Shown: positions 7,294-18,153, numbered from the stretch's first letter. The stretch: DNA of 51,807 nt from Candidatus Eiseniibacteriota bacterium (GCA_043810925.1 JBDRNT010000162.1:1-51807); one strand, 5' to 3'. The notes: generated from the sequence alone by a model not told the origin. Numbers and translations are program-made.

Positions 7294-9201
7294 ATGGGAA
7301 AGATCATAGGAATTGACCTGGGAACAACCAATTCGTGTGTGGCAGTGATGGAAGGCGGGGAGCCGGTTATCGTTGCCAACCAGGAAGGTTCGAGGGTGAC
7401 GCCCTCGGTAGTTGCTTTCACCAAGGCGGGAGAGCGGCTTGTCGGGTTGACTGCCAAGCGGCAGGCGATCACAAATCCGGCCAACACCGTTTACTCCATC
7501 AAACGGTTCATGGGCCGGAAATACGACGAGGTGCGCGGTGAGATCGGCGAGGTCCCGTACACGGTCGTAAAGGGTCCAAATGGAGATGCGCGGGTAAAGG
7601 TCGGTGATAAAGAGTATTCACCGCCCGAGATCTCGGCGATGATACTACTCAAGATGAAGCAGACGGCCGAGGCCTATCTTGGCGAGAAGGTGACTGATGT
7701 CGTCGTAACAGTTCCGGCCTACTTCAACGATAGCCAGAGACAGGCGACCAAGGATGCCGGTAAGGTTGCCGGTCTCAACGTGAAGAGGATCATCAACGAG
7801 CCTACCGCAGCATCCCTGGGGTACGGTCTGGGCAAGAAGAAGGACGAGAGGATAGCCGTGTTCGACCTCGGTGGGGGCACATTCGATATATCGATTCTCG
7901 AGATCAGCGACGGCGTCTTCGAAGTCAAGTCGACCAATGGTGACACGCATCTCGGCGGTGACGACTTCGACCAGCGAGTGATCGACTGGCTTGCAGACCA
8001 GTTTCAGACGGAACAGGGTATAGATCTCAGAAACGACCCGATGGCGCTTCAGCGGCTCAAGGAGGCGGCGGAACGTGCCAAGTGTGAGCTTTCCTCGGCA
8101 CTCGAGACGGCGATCAACCTGCCGTTCATAACTGCTGATGCCAGTGGGCCGAAACATATGAACATCACGCTCACGAGATCGAAGCTCGAACAGCTTGTGG
8201 ACGAGCTGATCGAGAGAACCGTGGGACCCTGCCGGTCGGCGCTTGCGGATGCCAAGCTGGAAGCCTCTGCCATCGACGAGGTGGTTCTTGTCGGCGGACA
8301 GACGCGAATGCCGAAGGTCCAGGAAGTCGTGAAAAAGATGTTCGGCCGGGAACCGCACAAGGGCGTGAATCCCGACGAAGTAGTAGCCGCCGGCGCAGCG
8401 ATACAGGGCGGAGTGCTTGGTGGTGAGGTGAGGGACGTTCTTCTGCTCGACGTAACACCGCTTTCACTGGGTATCGAGACCAAGGGTGGGGTCTTTACAA
8501 AGATCATCGAGCGGAACACCACTATCCCGACCAAGAAGTCAGAGATCTTCACCACGGCGGAAGACAGCCAGACGGCGGTTGAGGTTCATGTCTTACAGGG
8601 TGAGCGAGAGCTTGCGACGGCGAACAAGTCCGTAGGCAAGTTCCACTTGACCGGGATCCCGCCGGCTCCGAGGAACGTACCTCAGATAGAGGTTGCCTTC
8701 GACATCGATGCCAATGGTATACTCAACGTGTCCGCCAAGGACATGGCTACGGGCAAGGCGCAGTCCATCAGGATAGAGGCGTCAAGCGGATTGACCCAGC
8801 AGGATATCGACAAGATGGTCCGTGACGCGGAAATGCACCAGGCTGATGACAGGCGCAGGAAGGAAGAGGTAGAGGCCAGGAACAAGGCGGACCAGCTCGT
8901 CTATGAGACGGAGAAGAACCTCAAAGAGATGGGCGACAAGGTTTCCCCCGACGGCAGGGCCAGGATCGAGGCCGGAATCGGTCGGGTCAAAGAAGCACTT
9001 GATGGAAGCGACGTCGATGAGGTAAAATCGAGTACGGAAGCTCTGGTTGGCCTGTGGAGTGACGTAGCCAAGACATTGTACGAGAAAGCGGCTACCGGAG
9101 CGAGTACTGCCGGTCAGACTGGCGGTTCGGCTGGTGCGGGGGAGAGTTCCGCGCAGGAACGGGAAGAGGCTGTCGAGGCCGACTACGAAGTCGTTGACTA
9201 G
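7294..9201 (+). CDS. dnaK: Molecular chaperone DnaK (Hsp70)
   Basis: [31 protein letters not shown]-terminal ADYEVVD; start moved to the ATG after the G-rich RBS. Confidence 0.99.
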   Translation: MGKIIGIDLGTTNSCVAVMEGGEPVIVANQEGSRVTPSVVAFTKAGERLVGLTAKRQAITNPANTVYSIKRFMGRKYDEVRGEIGEVPYTVVKGPNGDARVKVGDKEYSPPEISAMILLKMKQTAEAYLGEKVTDVVVTVPAYFNDSQRQATKDAGKVAGLNVKRIINEPTAASLGYGLGKKKDERIAVFDLGGGTFDISILEISDGVFEVKSTNGDTHLGGDDFDQRVIDWLADQFQTEQGIDLRNDPMALQRLKEAAERAKCELSSALETAINLPFITADASGPKHMNITLTRSKLEQLVDELIERTVGPCRSALADAKLEASAIDEVVLVGGQTRMPKVQEVVKKMFGREPHKGVNPDEVVAAGAAIQGGVLGGEVRDVLLLDVTPLSLGIETKGGVFTKIIERNTTIPTKKSEIFTTAEDSQTAVEVHVLQGERELATANKSVGKFHLTGIPPAPRNVPQIEVAFDIDANGILNVSAKDMATGKAQSIRIEASSGLTQQDIDKMVRDAEMHQADDRRRKEEVEARNKADQLVYETEKNLKEMGDKVSPDGRARIEAGIGRVKEALDGSDVDEVKSSTEALVGLWSDVAKTLYEKAATGASTAGQTGGSAGAGESSAQEREEAVEADYEVVD

Positions 9202-9248
9202 CAGCGGATCATGCTTTTGACTCGCCCCGGCCGGTCGTGGAGGTTGAC

Positions 9249-9602
9249 ATGAACGAGTGTCCGACTTGCGGTCGTAAGGTCCGCGACGGCGGGTGTCCTT
9301 ATTGCGGTGAGGATCCGACACATTTCGGCTCTGCGGATCCCACGCCCGTCTCGGGCGAGTCCTTCGTCGGTGTATACAGCTCCAATAATGAGCGTCAAGC
9401 CGACTTCGTAATCAGCGCGCTTGAAGCCGAGGGCATACCCGTCCACCGCGAATCAAGTGAGACCGTAACGGGTCTGGATCATGAGGATGACGACACCGAT
9501 CTGACGGGTGACATAATCGTTTTGGTTGATGAGGAGGACGCCGACAGGGCGAGGGAGATAGTAAAGGCGTCCGAGCACGAGCTCGATACCGGGGACCATT
9601 GA
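9249..9602 (+). CDS. DUF2007-like protein with N-terminal zinc ribbon
   Basis: CPTC...CPYC, then ADFVISALEAEGIP...IIVLVDEEDADRAREIV; GGAGG RBS before ATG 9249. Confidence 0.7.
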   Translation: MNECPTCGRKVRDGGCPYCGEDPTHFGSADPTPVSGESFVGVYSSNNERQADFVISALEAEGIPVHRESSETVTGLDHEDDDTDLTGDIIVLVDEEDADRAREIVKASEHELDTGDH

Positions 9603-9610
9603 TTCCGATC

Positions 9611-10237
9611 TTACCTGGACCCTGTTGCCTCCAGTACGAGCGGCAGATCGATCCATGATTCCACCGGGGTGTAGCCCAGTTTTGCCGCCTCGAATCGGAA
9701 TCTCCAGGCACTCTCAAGCACTCGTTCCCTCACTTCAGGATTTTCCAGTGTGTCTTCTATGATTACCCTCCGGGGCAGTCCCTTTGCTGAAACGAGGATT
9801 CTGACATTGACCTCTATGGTCGAGATCCCGAGGTCCTCAAGGGTCGGGGGTACGATAAAGCGGGGGACCGGCGGGAAGAACTGAGGTTCAACATTGCCGG
9901 CGGGTATGTCGGCCCGTGCGATACCGGCACCCTCCGGCGAGCCACCGGGGGTCGCGGGTTCTCGAGTCGCCGTCGGCGCCGGGACCTCCTCCACGATCTC
10001 AAGCACTGCGCGGTCCACGGTCTCGGGCGTGCGTTCCACCTCAATGGGGATAACCTGCATCACCATATCGGAAAGACCGGACCAGGGATCCCTGGTTCTG
10101 CCCTCTCTCATGGCGGGCATCTCCCGGGGAAAGAAGATATGCAGGAACTGAGCGGGTAGAAGCACAAGACCGGCGTGTAACAAGATAGATATGATCACCC
10201 ACCTGCGAAGCGACGGATGTGTTCTCTTAACGGTCAT
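9611..10237 (-). CDS. TonB C-terminal-like membrane-anchored protein
   Basis: N-terminal TM (ISILLHAGLV), Pro/Glu-rich linker, C-terminal VRILVSAKG...WRFRFEAAK..G.PV.SW. Confidence 0.65.
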   Translation of the reverse strand: MTVKRTHPSLRRWVIISILLHAGLVLLPAQFLHIFFPREMPAMREGRTRDPWSGLSDMVMQVIPIEVERTPETVDRAVLEIVEEVPAPTATREPATPGGSPEGAGIARADIPAGNVEPQFFPPVPRFIVPPTLEDLGISTIEVNVRILVSAKGLPRRVIIEDTLENPEVRERVLESAWRFRFEAAKLGYTPVESWIDLPLVLEATGSR

Positions 10238-12309
10238 TGCTCAATCTCGGACACGATCTTAAAGCCGGTCGTGGCAGTTGTCATCCGCCCGCTTAAGGTA
10301 TCGGTCACATCGATCACGATGTCATAGTCGCCGGTCGAAAGGGAAGAGAGATCGACCCCGAGCACTTCGTGTCTCCGCGAACCCCTGCTCCTGAGCTCAT
10401 ACTTGCTCCAGATCGAGGTGAGGCCGCCGGACGTTTCATCATCCGCGGTTCCGGTCAGGGCCTTGAGAAGCCGCATGAACCGCGGCTCGACCTTTTCCCT
10501 CCCGACGATCCTGTAACTGACTTCGGCCTCACCCGTGCCGCGGGCGTCGGTCAAGAGGTTATAAATGCTGAATGCCAGATAGGCCTTGCCCCGTCCGAGA
10601 TAGACATGGGAGGGATTCGGCGGCCCGTCTGATGCGAACCGGATCTCTATGTCGCTGATCTCCAGGCTGTCTCCAAAACCGCGGGCCGTGACTGCTCTGT
10701 TGGTGAAGCCGACGGCACCCGTGGTCTTCGATTCCATTGACACCGCGGCAAGCGAGCCTCCAGGCGGGATCTGGACGGTGAGGCTTCCGATCAGCGGGTA
10801 CTCGGTCTGGTAAAGCGCGCTGGAATCCGCGCGCAGCTCGGCCGTGAACCTTGTGCGCGTGACATCCCCGTATATGCTGTCAAGCACCGCGACCTCGATG
10901 TCGAAATCACCAACCGGCCATTCGTAAAGAGGTTCATACTTGACGCCTCTTGTGTCGCATCCGTATATGATCTTCAGACCCGCTCTTCCCATGTCGTCCA
11001 CGACGTTCAGGGCATCGAGCACGACTCTCATCCGCTTCTTTATCTGGGATTCATAGATCTCGGGTACGTTCTTCTCGAGGTAGGCATAGACATACGCACT
11101 CCAGTCCTTCTCGTATGGGAATCTGAAATCACCGTTCATGAAGGTGTCCTCGAAGTTAAGCGAGAAACCGCTATACTGCCATTTCCACCTCCGCCTCGCC
11201 TGCCGGATCGGTCTGGCCCTGTACCGGCTCACGGGATCGCGCGAGTCGAAGTTCTCCCAGCCGTCCACCCCGGCCATGGCACTACTCATTTGGGCCGGAC
11301 GGGGCATTGATGTCTCATTAGCAAAGACATCCGACCCGAAGGGATCGTAGTACCAGGCAAGCGGCCTGCCGTAACGAATGTAGACCTCGCCACGCGCCGT
11401 CTCCGATCCCGTCTTGCCCAGTCTCGGGACCGTGAAGTGGAAGTCCGCGAATCCAACTCTTGCGAGATGCTCGACAAGCCTTTCGTTTACTTCCGTTGCG
11501 GGGTTGGGGTCCCGCTTCTTCCAGAGCATCCGGTTGGCTGATTTCATGTCACCGGTGAGCTGTGTTGCCGCAGCCTCCTTCAGCTCCTCCGGGGTAGCCA
11601 CAAGCTCCACCGACATGTACCGGTTGCGACGTGGTTCGTCCATGACACCGAGCGCCCTGGTGAAGGTCTCCGAGGAGGCTTCGATGTCCCTGATCTCGGA
11701 AAGCGCCATGGCCAGGAGCAGCAGATCGTCGACATTGAGACTGTCCTCGGGAAACGACTCAAGCAGGATGATTGATGAGTCGGGTCTGCCGAGATCAAAA
11801 TAGCATTGGGCCAGGTGCCTGCGCGCGCCCGGATAGGCCGGATGAGACTCCTCCACGAGCTGAAACTCATCTCGTGCATTCAAAAACGAGCTACGCTGCC
11901 ACTCGTCGACGCCGCGCTCAAGGTAGGCTTCACCCAATCTGAGATGCGCAAATCCGTTCTCCGGGTCCCATTCGAGAAGGGTCTTGAGTTCCTTCACCCC
12001 GTTGTTCCAGTAAGTGCTTTCGAAGTACATCTCCGCAAGGAGCAGCCGGTAATCCGGATTTCGACGATCGTGTTTGACGGCGAGCTTCATTTGCTTCACA
12101 GCGGCCGATCTTCCACTGGCGGTGCCTTCGGCAAAGTAGATCGCCGCCAGCTTGACATAGAGCATGGATGAGTCAGGATAGGTCCAGATCAGTTCCTTAA
12201 GAGTCCGCTCAGTGTGCACTTCACCACTCAGGGAGCGGCCGGCAGGGAGCAGTCCGGACAGGAACAGGACAACGGACAGCCCCGTCGCACAAAACCAGAC
12301 TTGCTTCAA
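10234..12309 (-). CDS. GWxTD-domain TPR protein (signal peptide)
   Basis: TPR-like N-terminal half; W.KRDPNPATEVNERLVEHLARV and GSETARGEVYIRYGRP. Confidence 0.8.
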   Translation of the reverse strand: MKQVWFCATGLSVVLFLSGLLPAGRSLSGEVHTERTLKELIWTYPDSSMLYVKLAAIYFAEGTASGRSAAVKQMKLAVKHDRRNPDYRLLLAEMYFESTYWNNGVKELKTLLEWDPENGFAHLRLGEAYLERGVDEWQRSSFLNARDEFQLVEESHPAYPGARRHLAQCYFDLGRPDSSIILLESFPEDSLNVDDLLLLAMALSEIRDIEASSETFTRALGVMDEPRRNRYMSVELVATPEELKEAAATQLTGDMKSANRMLWKKRDPNPATEVNERLVEHLARVGFADFHFTVPRLGKTGSETARGEVYIRYGRPLAWYYDPFGSDVFANETSMPRPAQMSSAMAGVDGWENFDSRDPVSRYRARPIRQARRRWKWQYSGFSLNFEDTFMNGDFRFPYEKDWSAYVYAYLEKNVPEIYESQIKKRMRVVLDALNVVDDMGRAGLKIIYGCDTRGVKYEPLYEWPVGDFDIEVAVLDSIYGDVTRTRFTAELRADSSALYQTEYPLIGSLTVQIPPGGSLAAVSMESKTTGAVGFTNRAVTARGFGDSLEISDIEIRFASDGPPNPSHVYLGRGKAYLAFSIYNLLTDARGTGEAEVSYRIVGREKVEPRFMRLLKALTGTADDETSGGLTSIWSKYELRSRGSRRHEVLGVDLSSLSTGDYDIVIDVTDTLSGRMTTATTGFKIVSEIEQ

Positions 12310-12341
12310 TGCTCATGCTCCTTGCTTCAGCTTCCGATCCA

Positions 12342-12369
12342 ATTATAGTAAACCCTCTGGGGATATCAA
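12342..12369 (-). promoter_or_regulatory. Putative sigma70 promoter of the GWxTD-TonB operon
   Basis: TTGATA-16 nt-TATAAT on the minus strand. Confidence 0.55.
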
Positions 12370-12448
12370 GTGATGAAAGGTCCGCCGGCCCGCGTCGGAG
12401 ACAGACCTCGCAGGGGGGCGTGAACGGTCCGGGTTTGAAGGAGTACGA

Positions 12449-13087
12449 ATGAGGAAGAAACTGTGGTACCTCTTTGTCTTTGCCCTGGCCATGGGATATC
12501 TGGAAGCAGCCGTCGTCGTTTACCTGAGACAGCTCTTCTATCCCGACGGTTTTGCATTTCCCATCAAACAGATAGACACCGGCCACGCCTTTGTAGAGCT
12601 TGGCAGGGAGGCGGCAACGGTTTTCATGCTGCTGGCCGTTGCGTTCATCGCCGAGCGGACGAAGAGGGGCAGGTTGATCTGTTTCATTTTGCTGTTCGGG
12701 ATCTGGGACATCGCCTACTACCTGTGGCTCTGGGTTACGATATCCTGGCCGGCCTCGCTTCTTACGTGGGATATCCTGTTTCTGATTCCCGTGATCTGGA
12801 CAGGTCCGGTTCTTGCGCCTGTGCTGGTATCCGTGCTGATGATTGTGACCGGGCTCGTCTACTATGTCCGCAAAGACCAGGCCGAAGTAGTGCGCATGTC
12901 AAAACTCGAGTGGGTCTTCACAATATCGGCTGCGGCGATCATCTTCGGGTCCTTCACGCTTAATCACGGTGTGGCGTTGGGGGGTGGGGTCCCTTCCAGG
13001 TTTGCCTGGGAGGTGTTCGCCGGAGGTATGGCTTTAGGTGTTGTGGTTCTTACAAGGGTGGTACGCCGGCTCACTTCCCCGGCGTGA
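12449..13087 (+). CDS. Hypothetical integral membrane protein
   Basis: Multiple hydrophobic helices; YLEAAVVVYLR, ELGREAAT, GIWDIAYY, WDILFLIP. Confidence 0.75.
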   Translation: MRKKLWYLFVFALAMGYLEAAVVVYLRQLFYPDGFAFPIKQIDTGHAFVELGREAATVFMLLAVAFIAERTKRGRLICFILLFGIWDIAYYLWLWVTISWPASLLTWDILFLIPVIWTGPVLAPVLVSVLMIVTGLVYYVRKDQAEVVRMSKLEWVFTISAAAIIFGSFTLNHGVALGGGVPSRFAWEVFAGGMALGVVVLTRVVRRLTSPA

Positions 13088-13583
13088 GATCAGGCCCGGG
13101 TCTCTCAGGCAGCTCGGCATGCCCGACATCTTCCGGAGCGTAACTGCGTTCGACGTCAAGCACCGCCCTGTCCCGCACGTAGGCATCGTCCCGGTCGAAG
13201 ATGAACGGGATCACCATGGTGGATGGGCAGGGGGAGCCGTCCTTTGTCGCCGGCATGAAGGACGACTTCCTGACCGCCGTAATGGCCTGGTCGCCCAGAA
13301 TCGGACTGGGTGATTCGAGAATCTCTATGCGGGCGATCTGACCGTTCTCAAGCACGAGCACCTTGAGTACGACCCTGCCGTGCACGCCGATCTGGCGAGC
13401 CATGTCAGGGTACTCCGGTCTCACCGTCACGACAAGCACCGGCGGCGTATCATAGTTGAGGACATCATCGACCTCGCCGACGTATCTTGCATTCTCCTGA
13501 CTGGTGAGAGTCGCGCCACATCCTGCGAAGAGACCGAGCAGGGCCACAAGGGCCAGAGCGCGTCCCAGGTTTCCGGCCTTCAC
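13071..13583 (-). CDS. TonB family C-terminal domain lipoprotein
   Basis: Lipobox FAGC; PEYPDMARQIGVHGRVVLKVLV...F.PATKDG. Confidence 0.8.
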   Translation of the reverse strand: MKAGNLGRALALVALLGLFAGCGATLTSQENARYVGEVDDVLNYDTPPVLVVTVRPEYPDMARQIGVHGRVVLKVLVLENGQIARIEILESPSPILGDQAITAVRKSSFMPATKDGSPCPSTMVIPFIFDRDDAYVRDRAVLDVERSYAPEDVGHAELPERPGPDLTPGK

Positions 13584-13714
13584 CTTAACGCACCTCTCAG
13601 AAATTCAGCCTACAATACAGCCCGCCACCATCAACAGACTGACTGAGCAAAAGGTGTTTGCGGGCTTTAAGTACAATTCGGCAGTCTCAAGGCGAAACTT
13701 GAGCCGCAATAGCG

Positions 13715-13798
13715 TGCCGAAGAGGGGAGTCGAACCCCTACGAGGATAACCCCACTGCGCCCTGAACGCAGCGCGTCTGCCAGTTCCGCCACTTCGGC
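13715..13798 (-). tRNA. tRNA-Leu(CAG), CCA not encoded
   Basis: GCCGAAG acceptor, CTGCG-TT-CAG-GG-CGCAG anticodon arm, long variable arm, GGTTCGACT. Confidence 0.95.
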
Positions 13799-13819
13799 AC
13801 TATATCATTTCTGTTGATA

Positions 13820-13848
13820 ATCCTATTTTACTCTGGCATCATTGTCAA
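13820..13848 (-). promoter_or_regulatory. sigma70 promoter of tRNA-Leu
   Basis: TTGACA-17 nt-TAGGAT on the minus strand. Confidence 0.65.
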
Positions 13849-13878
13849 CTGCCAAAGTAGCAAAAAAACGGAGAAGAC

Positions 13879-14748
13879 ATGGTGGATTTCCACGTGCACT
13901 GCGAATACTCGATAGATGGAGAGGGATCGGTCGACGAGTACGCACGTGCTGCGCTTGCCAAGGGCCTGAGCCACATCTGTTTCACTACCCACTACGACCT
14001 TGATCCTGAACGGCGCCACCATGACGGCAGGGTGAAGCTGAACGGCAAAATCATTGACGTTACCAAACCCTGGCTGGAGTCGTATATAGGGGAGGTGGAA
14101 GCGGTATCGAAAGCCTACGCAGGTCGGGGCCTGAAAGTGCTCTGTGGGTTGGAAGTGGGCTATGTGCCCGGGATTGAAGAGATGATAAGATCGGCTGTAG
14201 ATCCCTACGAATTCGATTTTCTGCTGGGTGGCGTACACACCCTGAGCAGTATCGACATCGTGTCGGCGAGGGAGGCCCCTGATTACTTCATGCCGAGAAG
14301 CCCGAGGCAGGTGTGCGAGGAGTACTACGGCTACCTCGAGGAGGCGGTCAGGTGCGGGCTCTTCGATTGCATCGCCCATATCGACATATACAAGAGGTGT
14401 GGTCTGGATTTCTATGGGGAGTCCTTAAACGAAGCCCACTACGGGTTTGTTGAGCCCGTTCTCGAAGCGATGGCAACGGCGAACCTGAGTCTCGAGATCA
14501 ACAGCGGGAGCCTGAGGAAAGGTCTGGACTCACCGTATCCAAGTCAGGATATCCTTCACGCCGCGAAGAGCGCGGGTGTCTCAAGCCTCACATTCGGCTC
14601 GGACTGCCATCTACCGGAAGATGTCGGCGATGGTCTCGATGTGTGCCTGGAAATCGCCCGGAGTGCCGGTTTCGACAGGATCGCCGTATTCGAAAAACGT
14701 CGCGCCGAGCAGATCCCCATTGAGGAACTCAATGTCCAGGACAGGTAA
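13879..14748 (+). CDS. PHP-family histidinol-phosphatase (HisJ-like)
   Basis: DFHVH, GLEVG, GGVH, IAHID, LEINSG, FGSDCH. Confidence 0.85.
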   Translation: MVDFHVHCEYSIDGEGSVDEYARAALAKGLSHICFTTHYDLDPERRHHDGRVKLNGKIIDVTKPWLESYIGEVEAVSKAYAGRGLKVLCGLEVGYVPGIEEMIRSAVDPYEFDFLLGGVHTLSSIDIVSAREAPDYFMPRSPRQVCEEYYGYLEEAVRCGLFDCIAHIDIYKRCGLDFYGESLNEAHYGFVEPVLEAMATANLSLEINSGSLRKGLDSPYPSQDILHAAKSAGVSSLTFGSDCHLPEDVGDGLDVCLEIARSAGFDRIAVFEKRRAEQIPIEELNVQDR

Positions 14749-15235
14749 ACCCAGAGAGACGGAGAACGCAAAGACAGGTGAGAGCCCTGAGAAAAATGTA
14801 TACCTGAATCGAAAAGCGAAGCACGAGTATTTCTTGATGAACAGCTTCGAGGCGGGCATAGCGCTGGTGGGCAGTGAAGTCAAGTCGGTCAGGCAGGGGA
14901 ATATCAGTCTTCAGGACTCTTACGCGGTGATCGAAAATGGTGAGGCACACATACTTAACATGCACATTTCCCCGTATGATAAGAGTTCCCACTTTCTTCC
15001 GGATCCGAAACGTAAGAGGAAACTGCTTCTGCATAAGTCTGAGATCAAGCGCCTGATGGGGAAGGTTGCCGAGAAGGGTCTTACGATGATACCAATGCGG
15101 GTGTACCTGGTCAGAGGAAGAGTCAAACTGGAAATCGCTCTGGCCAGGGGCAAACCCAAGCGTGACAGGCGTTATGACATAACCAAGCGGGATGCTGAAA
15201 GGGAGATACGAAAACTGAGGAGCGGCCGGTCTTGA
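14732..15235 (+). CDS. smpB: SsrA-binding protein
   Basis: NRKAKHEY, EAGIALVGSEVKS, RKLLLHK; start moved to ATG 14732 after GAGG. Confidence 0.97.
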   Translation: MSRTGKPRETENAKTGESPEKNVYLNRKAKHEYFLMNSFEAGIALVGSEVKSVRQGNISLQDSYAVIENGEAHILNMHISPYDKSSHFLPDPKRKRKLLLHKSEIKRLMGKVAEKGLTMIPMRVYLVRGRVKLEIALARGKPKRDRRYDITKRDAEREIRKLRSGRS

Positions 15236-15297
15236 TGTAATACCTTGAGTCCGACCGGATGGTGACGATCAATCAATCAGGGAGGAAAACAGCGGCA

Positions 15298-16782
15298 ATG
15301 AAGTACTGCCTCGGCATTCTGCTCGTCGTTTTGATGGCCGGCCCGTGTCTGGGTCAATCGGCCAGTGTCGCCTATTCCGATGGTCGGCCGTCCGAGTACG
15401 TTCCAATTATCGAAAAAGATGAAACGGCCCACATTTCGATTTCCCAGGTTGCGCGATTGCTCGGCCTGGAGAAGTCTGTCGACTTCGGCCAGCAGAAGGT
15501 GACCTTAAGTGGCGGAGGTCATGCCGTTGACATCCTGATAGGGGCGACTGTCTGGATCGTCGACGGTGAGACTGTAGCCGCCGGGGAGGTGAGCTTCACC
15601 GAAGAGGGTGAAGTCTACATCGGTGTTGGGTCCGCCGCAGATGTGCTCGCGCCCGCGCTGGACAAGAGCATGCGCTGGGACGAGAAGGGAAAGCGGATCA
15701 TAATAGGGCTGTCTGCTCCCAACATACTCGATATGGAGGTTCGTGCGGCCCGTGGACGTGTGAGCGCGACCATGGGGACCAGGGGTCTGCTCAAGTACAC
15801 GCTCATGCCCGCTACCGACGGCGGGTTTGAGATCTTCATAAGGGGTGGTGTTCTCGCGAAGCGGATCGGATTTGAATCCGAAGGTGGTTTGATCGAGAAA
15901 GTCTCGGCCAGACAGGAACCGGATGGCGCCAGGATCACTGTCACGCTTGGCGAAGGGAAACCATCCTACAGAGTGTTTCCCCGGTGGAGACCCGACGGCA
16001 TCGTCATGCTCGTCTGGGAGCGGGCGCTTACGGATATTCCCGACCCCGCATTCAAGCCGCCCAAGCATCTTGCCTGGCAGGAACGGTTCTCGGGAGAGAA
16101 AGCCAGGATAGATCTGGTGGTGATCGACCCGGGTCACGGTGGTGAGAATTTCGGTAGCATAGGTCCGTCGGGTTTCACCGAGAAGGAGTTCACACTCGGT
16201 GTTTCGAAGAAGCTCAAACAGGCGTTCAAACGCAGGGGCATCGACGTCATTCTCACACGTGATGATGATGTGTATGTTTCGCTCGAAACACGGACTGAAG
16301 TCGCAAACTCGGTCGGGGCCGACCTTTTCATAAGTATGCACGCCAACGGATTCCGAAGCCCGGAGGCAAAGGGTTTCGAGGTCTACTTCCTCTCACCTGC
16401 GCTCGATGATGGATCGCGGGTGGTCGCGGCGATGGAGAACGCAAGCCCTGCTATTGTCGCTGCCGCCGGTCTCGAGCCCGATGATGAAGTCGCCTTCATA
16501 CTCTGGGATACCGCGCAGAATGAATTCGTTGTCGAGAGCAGCCATCTGGCGCAGCTTATAGATGAGGAGCTGGCTACAAGGTTGACCATCCCGAACCGTG
16601 GTGTCAAGCAGGCCAACTTCATCGTTCTGACCGGGGCTTATCTTCCCGCCATCCTTGTTGAGACGGCTTTCGTAACAAATCACAATGAAGAAAGGCTTCT
16701 AAAGGATGAGGCTTTCCAGGAGATGGTCGCGGACGGGATAGTCTCAGCAGTGATGAGATTCAAAGAGGACTACAACAGGTAG
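15298..16782 (+). CDS. N-acetylmuramoyl-L-alanine amidase (Amidase_3)
   Basis: Signal peptide; VVIDPGHGG, FISMHAN, PAILVETAF. Confidence 0.93.
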   Translation: MKYCLGILLVVLMAGPCLGQSASVAYSDGRPSEYVPIIEKDETAHISISQVARLLGLEKSVDFGQQKVTLSGGGHAVDILIGATVWIVDGETVAAGEVSFTEEGEVYIGVGSAADVLAPALDKSMRWDEKGKRIIIGLSAPNILDMEVRAARGRVSATMGTRGLLKYTLMPATDGGFEIFIRGGVLAKRIGFESEGGLIEKVSARQEPDGARITVTLGEGKPSYRVFPRWRPDGIVMLVWERALTDIPDPAFKPPKHLAWQERFSGEKARIDLVVIDPGHGGENFGSIGPSGFTEKEFTLGVSKKLKQAFKRRGIDVILTRDDDVYVSLETRTEVANSVGADLFISMHANGFRSPEAKGFEVYFLSPALDDGSRVVAAMENASPAIVAAAGLEPDDEVAFILWDTAQNEFVVESSHLAQLIDEELATRLTIPNRGVKQANFIVLTGAYLPAILVETAFVTNHNEERLLKDEAFQEMVADGIVSAVMRFKEDYNR

Positions 16783-16789
16783 GTGACCG

Positions 16790-17317
16790 TTGAGAAGGAC
16801 CTTGATTGTCATAGTCATAGTTGTGATTGCCGTTCTGGCCGTGTGGCTCCTGATCAGGCAAAGACCGGGTCCTGCTCCGCCTGAGGAGTCGGGTGAGGTT
16901 GAGATGATAAAGGACGTGACTCTCTACTTCGGTTCGAACGATGCCGGTTCACTGGTCCCTGAATACAGACAGATAGGCTCAACCGGCAATATGCTCGAAA
17001 ACCTGAGAAAGGTGATCGAGGCGGTGATAGGCGGACCCGCAGGGGATGCGATCCCGACCGTTCCCTCATCGGTTCGCGTGCGGGCGGCTTACATTCACGA
17101 CAAGACGGCCTATCTTGATTTCTCACGCGATATCGTGGACGACTTCGCCGGGGGAAGTGCTGCAGAATACATGTTGGTGGCCTCCATCGTACAGACGGCG
17201 TGTGCGAATTTCACGGAGGTCGAATCTGTTCGTATCCTCGTCGAGGGTGAAGAGCGAGACACCCTGGGAGGACATCTCCGGATATCCAGGCTTCTGCGGC
17301 CCGAGGACTGGAGGTAA
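16790..17317 (+). CDS. GerMN domain protein
   Basis: N-terminal TM; VTLYF, AYLDFS, GGSAAE, V.ILVEG...TLGGH. Confidence 0.88.
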   Translation: MRRTLIVIVIVVIAVLAVWLLIRQRPGPAPPEESGEVEMIKDVTLYFGSNDAGSLVPEYRQIGSTGNMLENLRKVIEAVIGGPAGDAIPTVPSSVRVRAAYIHDKTAYLDFSRDIVDDFAGGSAAEYMLVASIVQTACANFTEVESVRILVEGEERDTLGGHLRISRLLRPEDWR

Positions 17318-17322
17318 GTGCG

Positions 17323-18153
17323 CTGGCTGACACGAGACCGATAGGTGTGTTCGATTCGGGCATCGGCGGGCTCACGGTGCTTAAGGCGATAATGGAGGGC
17401 CTGCCGCATGAGAGAGTGGTCTACTTCGGTGATACGGCACGCCTGCCTTATGGCACCAAGTCAAAGGGTACCGTAACCAGGTTCGCGCGCGAGATCGTCA
17501 GTTTCCTTATGGGCAGGGACCCCAAGATGATCGTCGTGGCGTGTAACACCGCCAGCGCGTACAGCCTGCCCGAGCTTCAGGCGGCACTCGATATTCCCGT
17601 CGTCGGCGTGATCGAGCCCGGGGCTGCCGCCGCCCTGAAGGCGACCCGTAACGGCACGATCGGTGTGATCGGTACACGGGCGACGATACAGAGCAATGCC
17701 TATCTCGAGGCGATACAGGCGAAGCAACCGGGGGCAAAGGTGTTCTCCAAAGCCTGTCCTCTGTTTGTCCCGCTTATCGAGGAGGGTTGGATAGACCGGA
17801 AGGAGACTCAAGACATCGCCGATGAGTATCTGAGGCACCTCGTTGAATGCGGAGTTGATACCCTGATACTGGGCTGCACCCATTATCCTTTGCTTAAACC
17901 TGTTTTAAGCGCGGTGATGGGAGACGGCGTTGTGCTCGTCGATTCAGCGGAGGCAACCGCCGCCGACGTCCGGGCACTCCTCGCGCAGAACGCCATGCTT
18001 TCGCCGTCGCTTGCAGGGGCGAGATGTGAGATCTATGTGAGTGACATGCATCTCAATCTGAGGCTCCAGGCCGAGAGGTTTCTGGGTCTGGGAATTCCGC
18101 GGATCAGAGTTGTCGATTCCGAGTTCGAAGAGGTTGAGCTTCAGGGGATCTGA
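17323..18153 (+). CDS. murI: Glutamate racemase (probable CTG start at 17323)
   Basis: PIGVFDSGIGG, PYGTKS, VACNTAS, LGCTHYP. Confidence 0.97.
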   Translation: MADTRPIGVFDSGIGGLTVLKAIMEGLPHERVVYFGDTARLPYGTKSKGTVTRFAREIVSFLMGRDPKMIVVACNTASAYSLPELQAALDIPVVGVIEPGAAAALKATRNGTIGVIGTRATIQSNAYLEAIQAKQPGAKVFSKACPLFVPLIEEGWIDRKETQDIADEYLRHLVECGVDTLILGCTHYPLLKPVLSAVMGDGVVLVDSAEATAADVRALLAQNAMLSPSLAGARCEIYVSDMHLNLRLQAERFLGLGIPRIRVVDSEFEEVELQGI

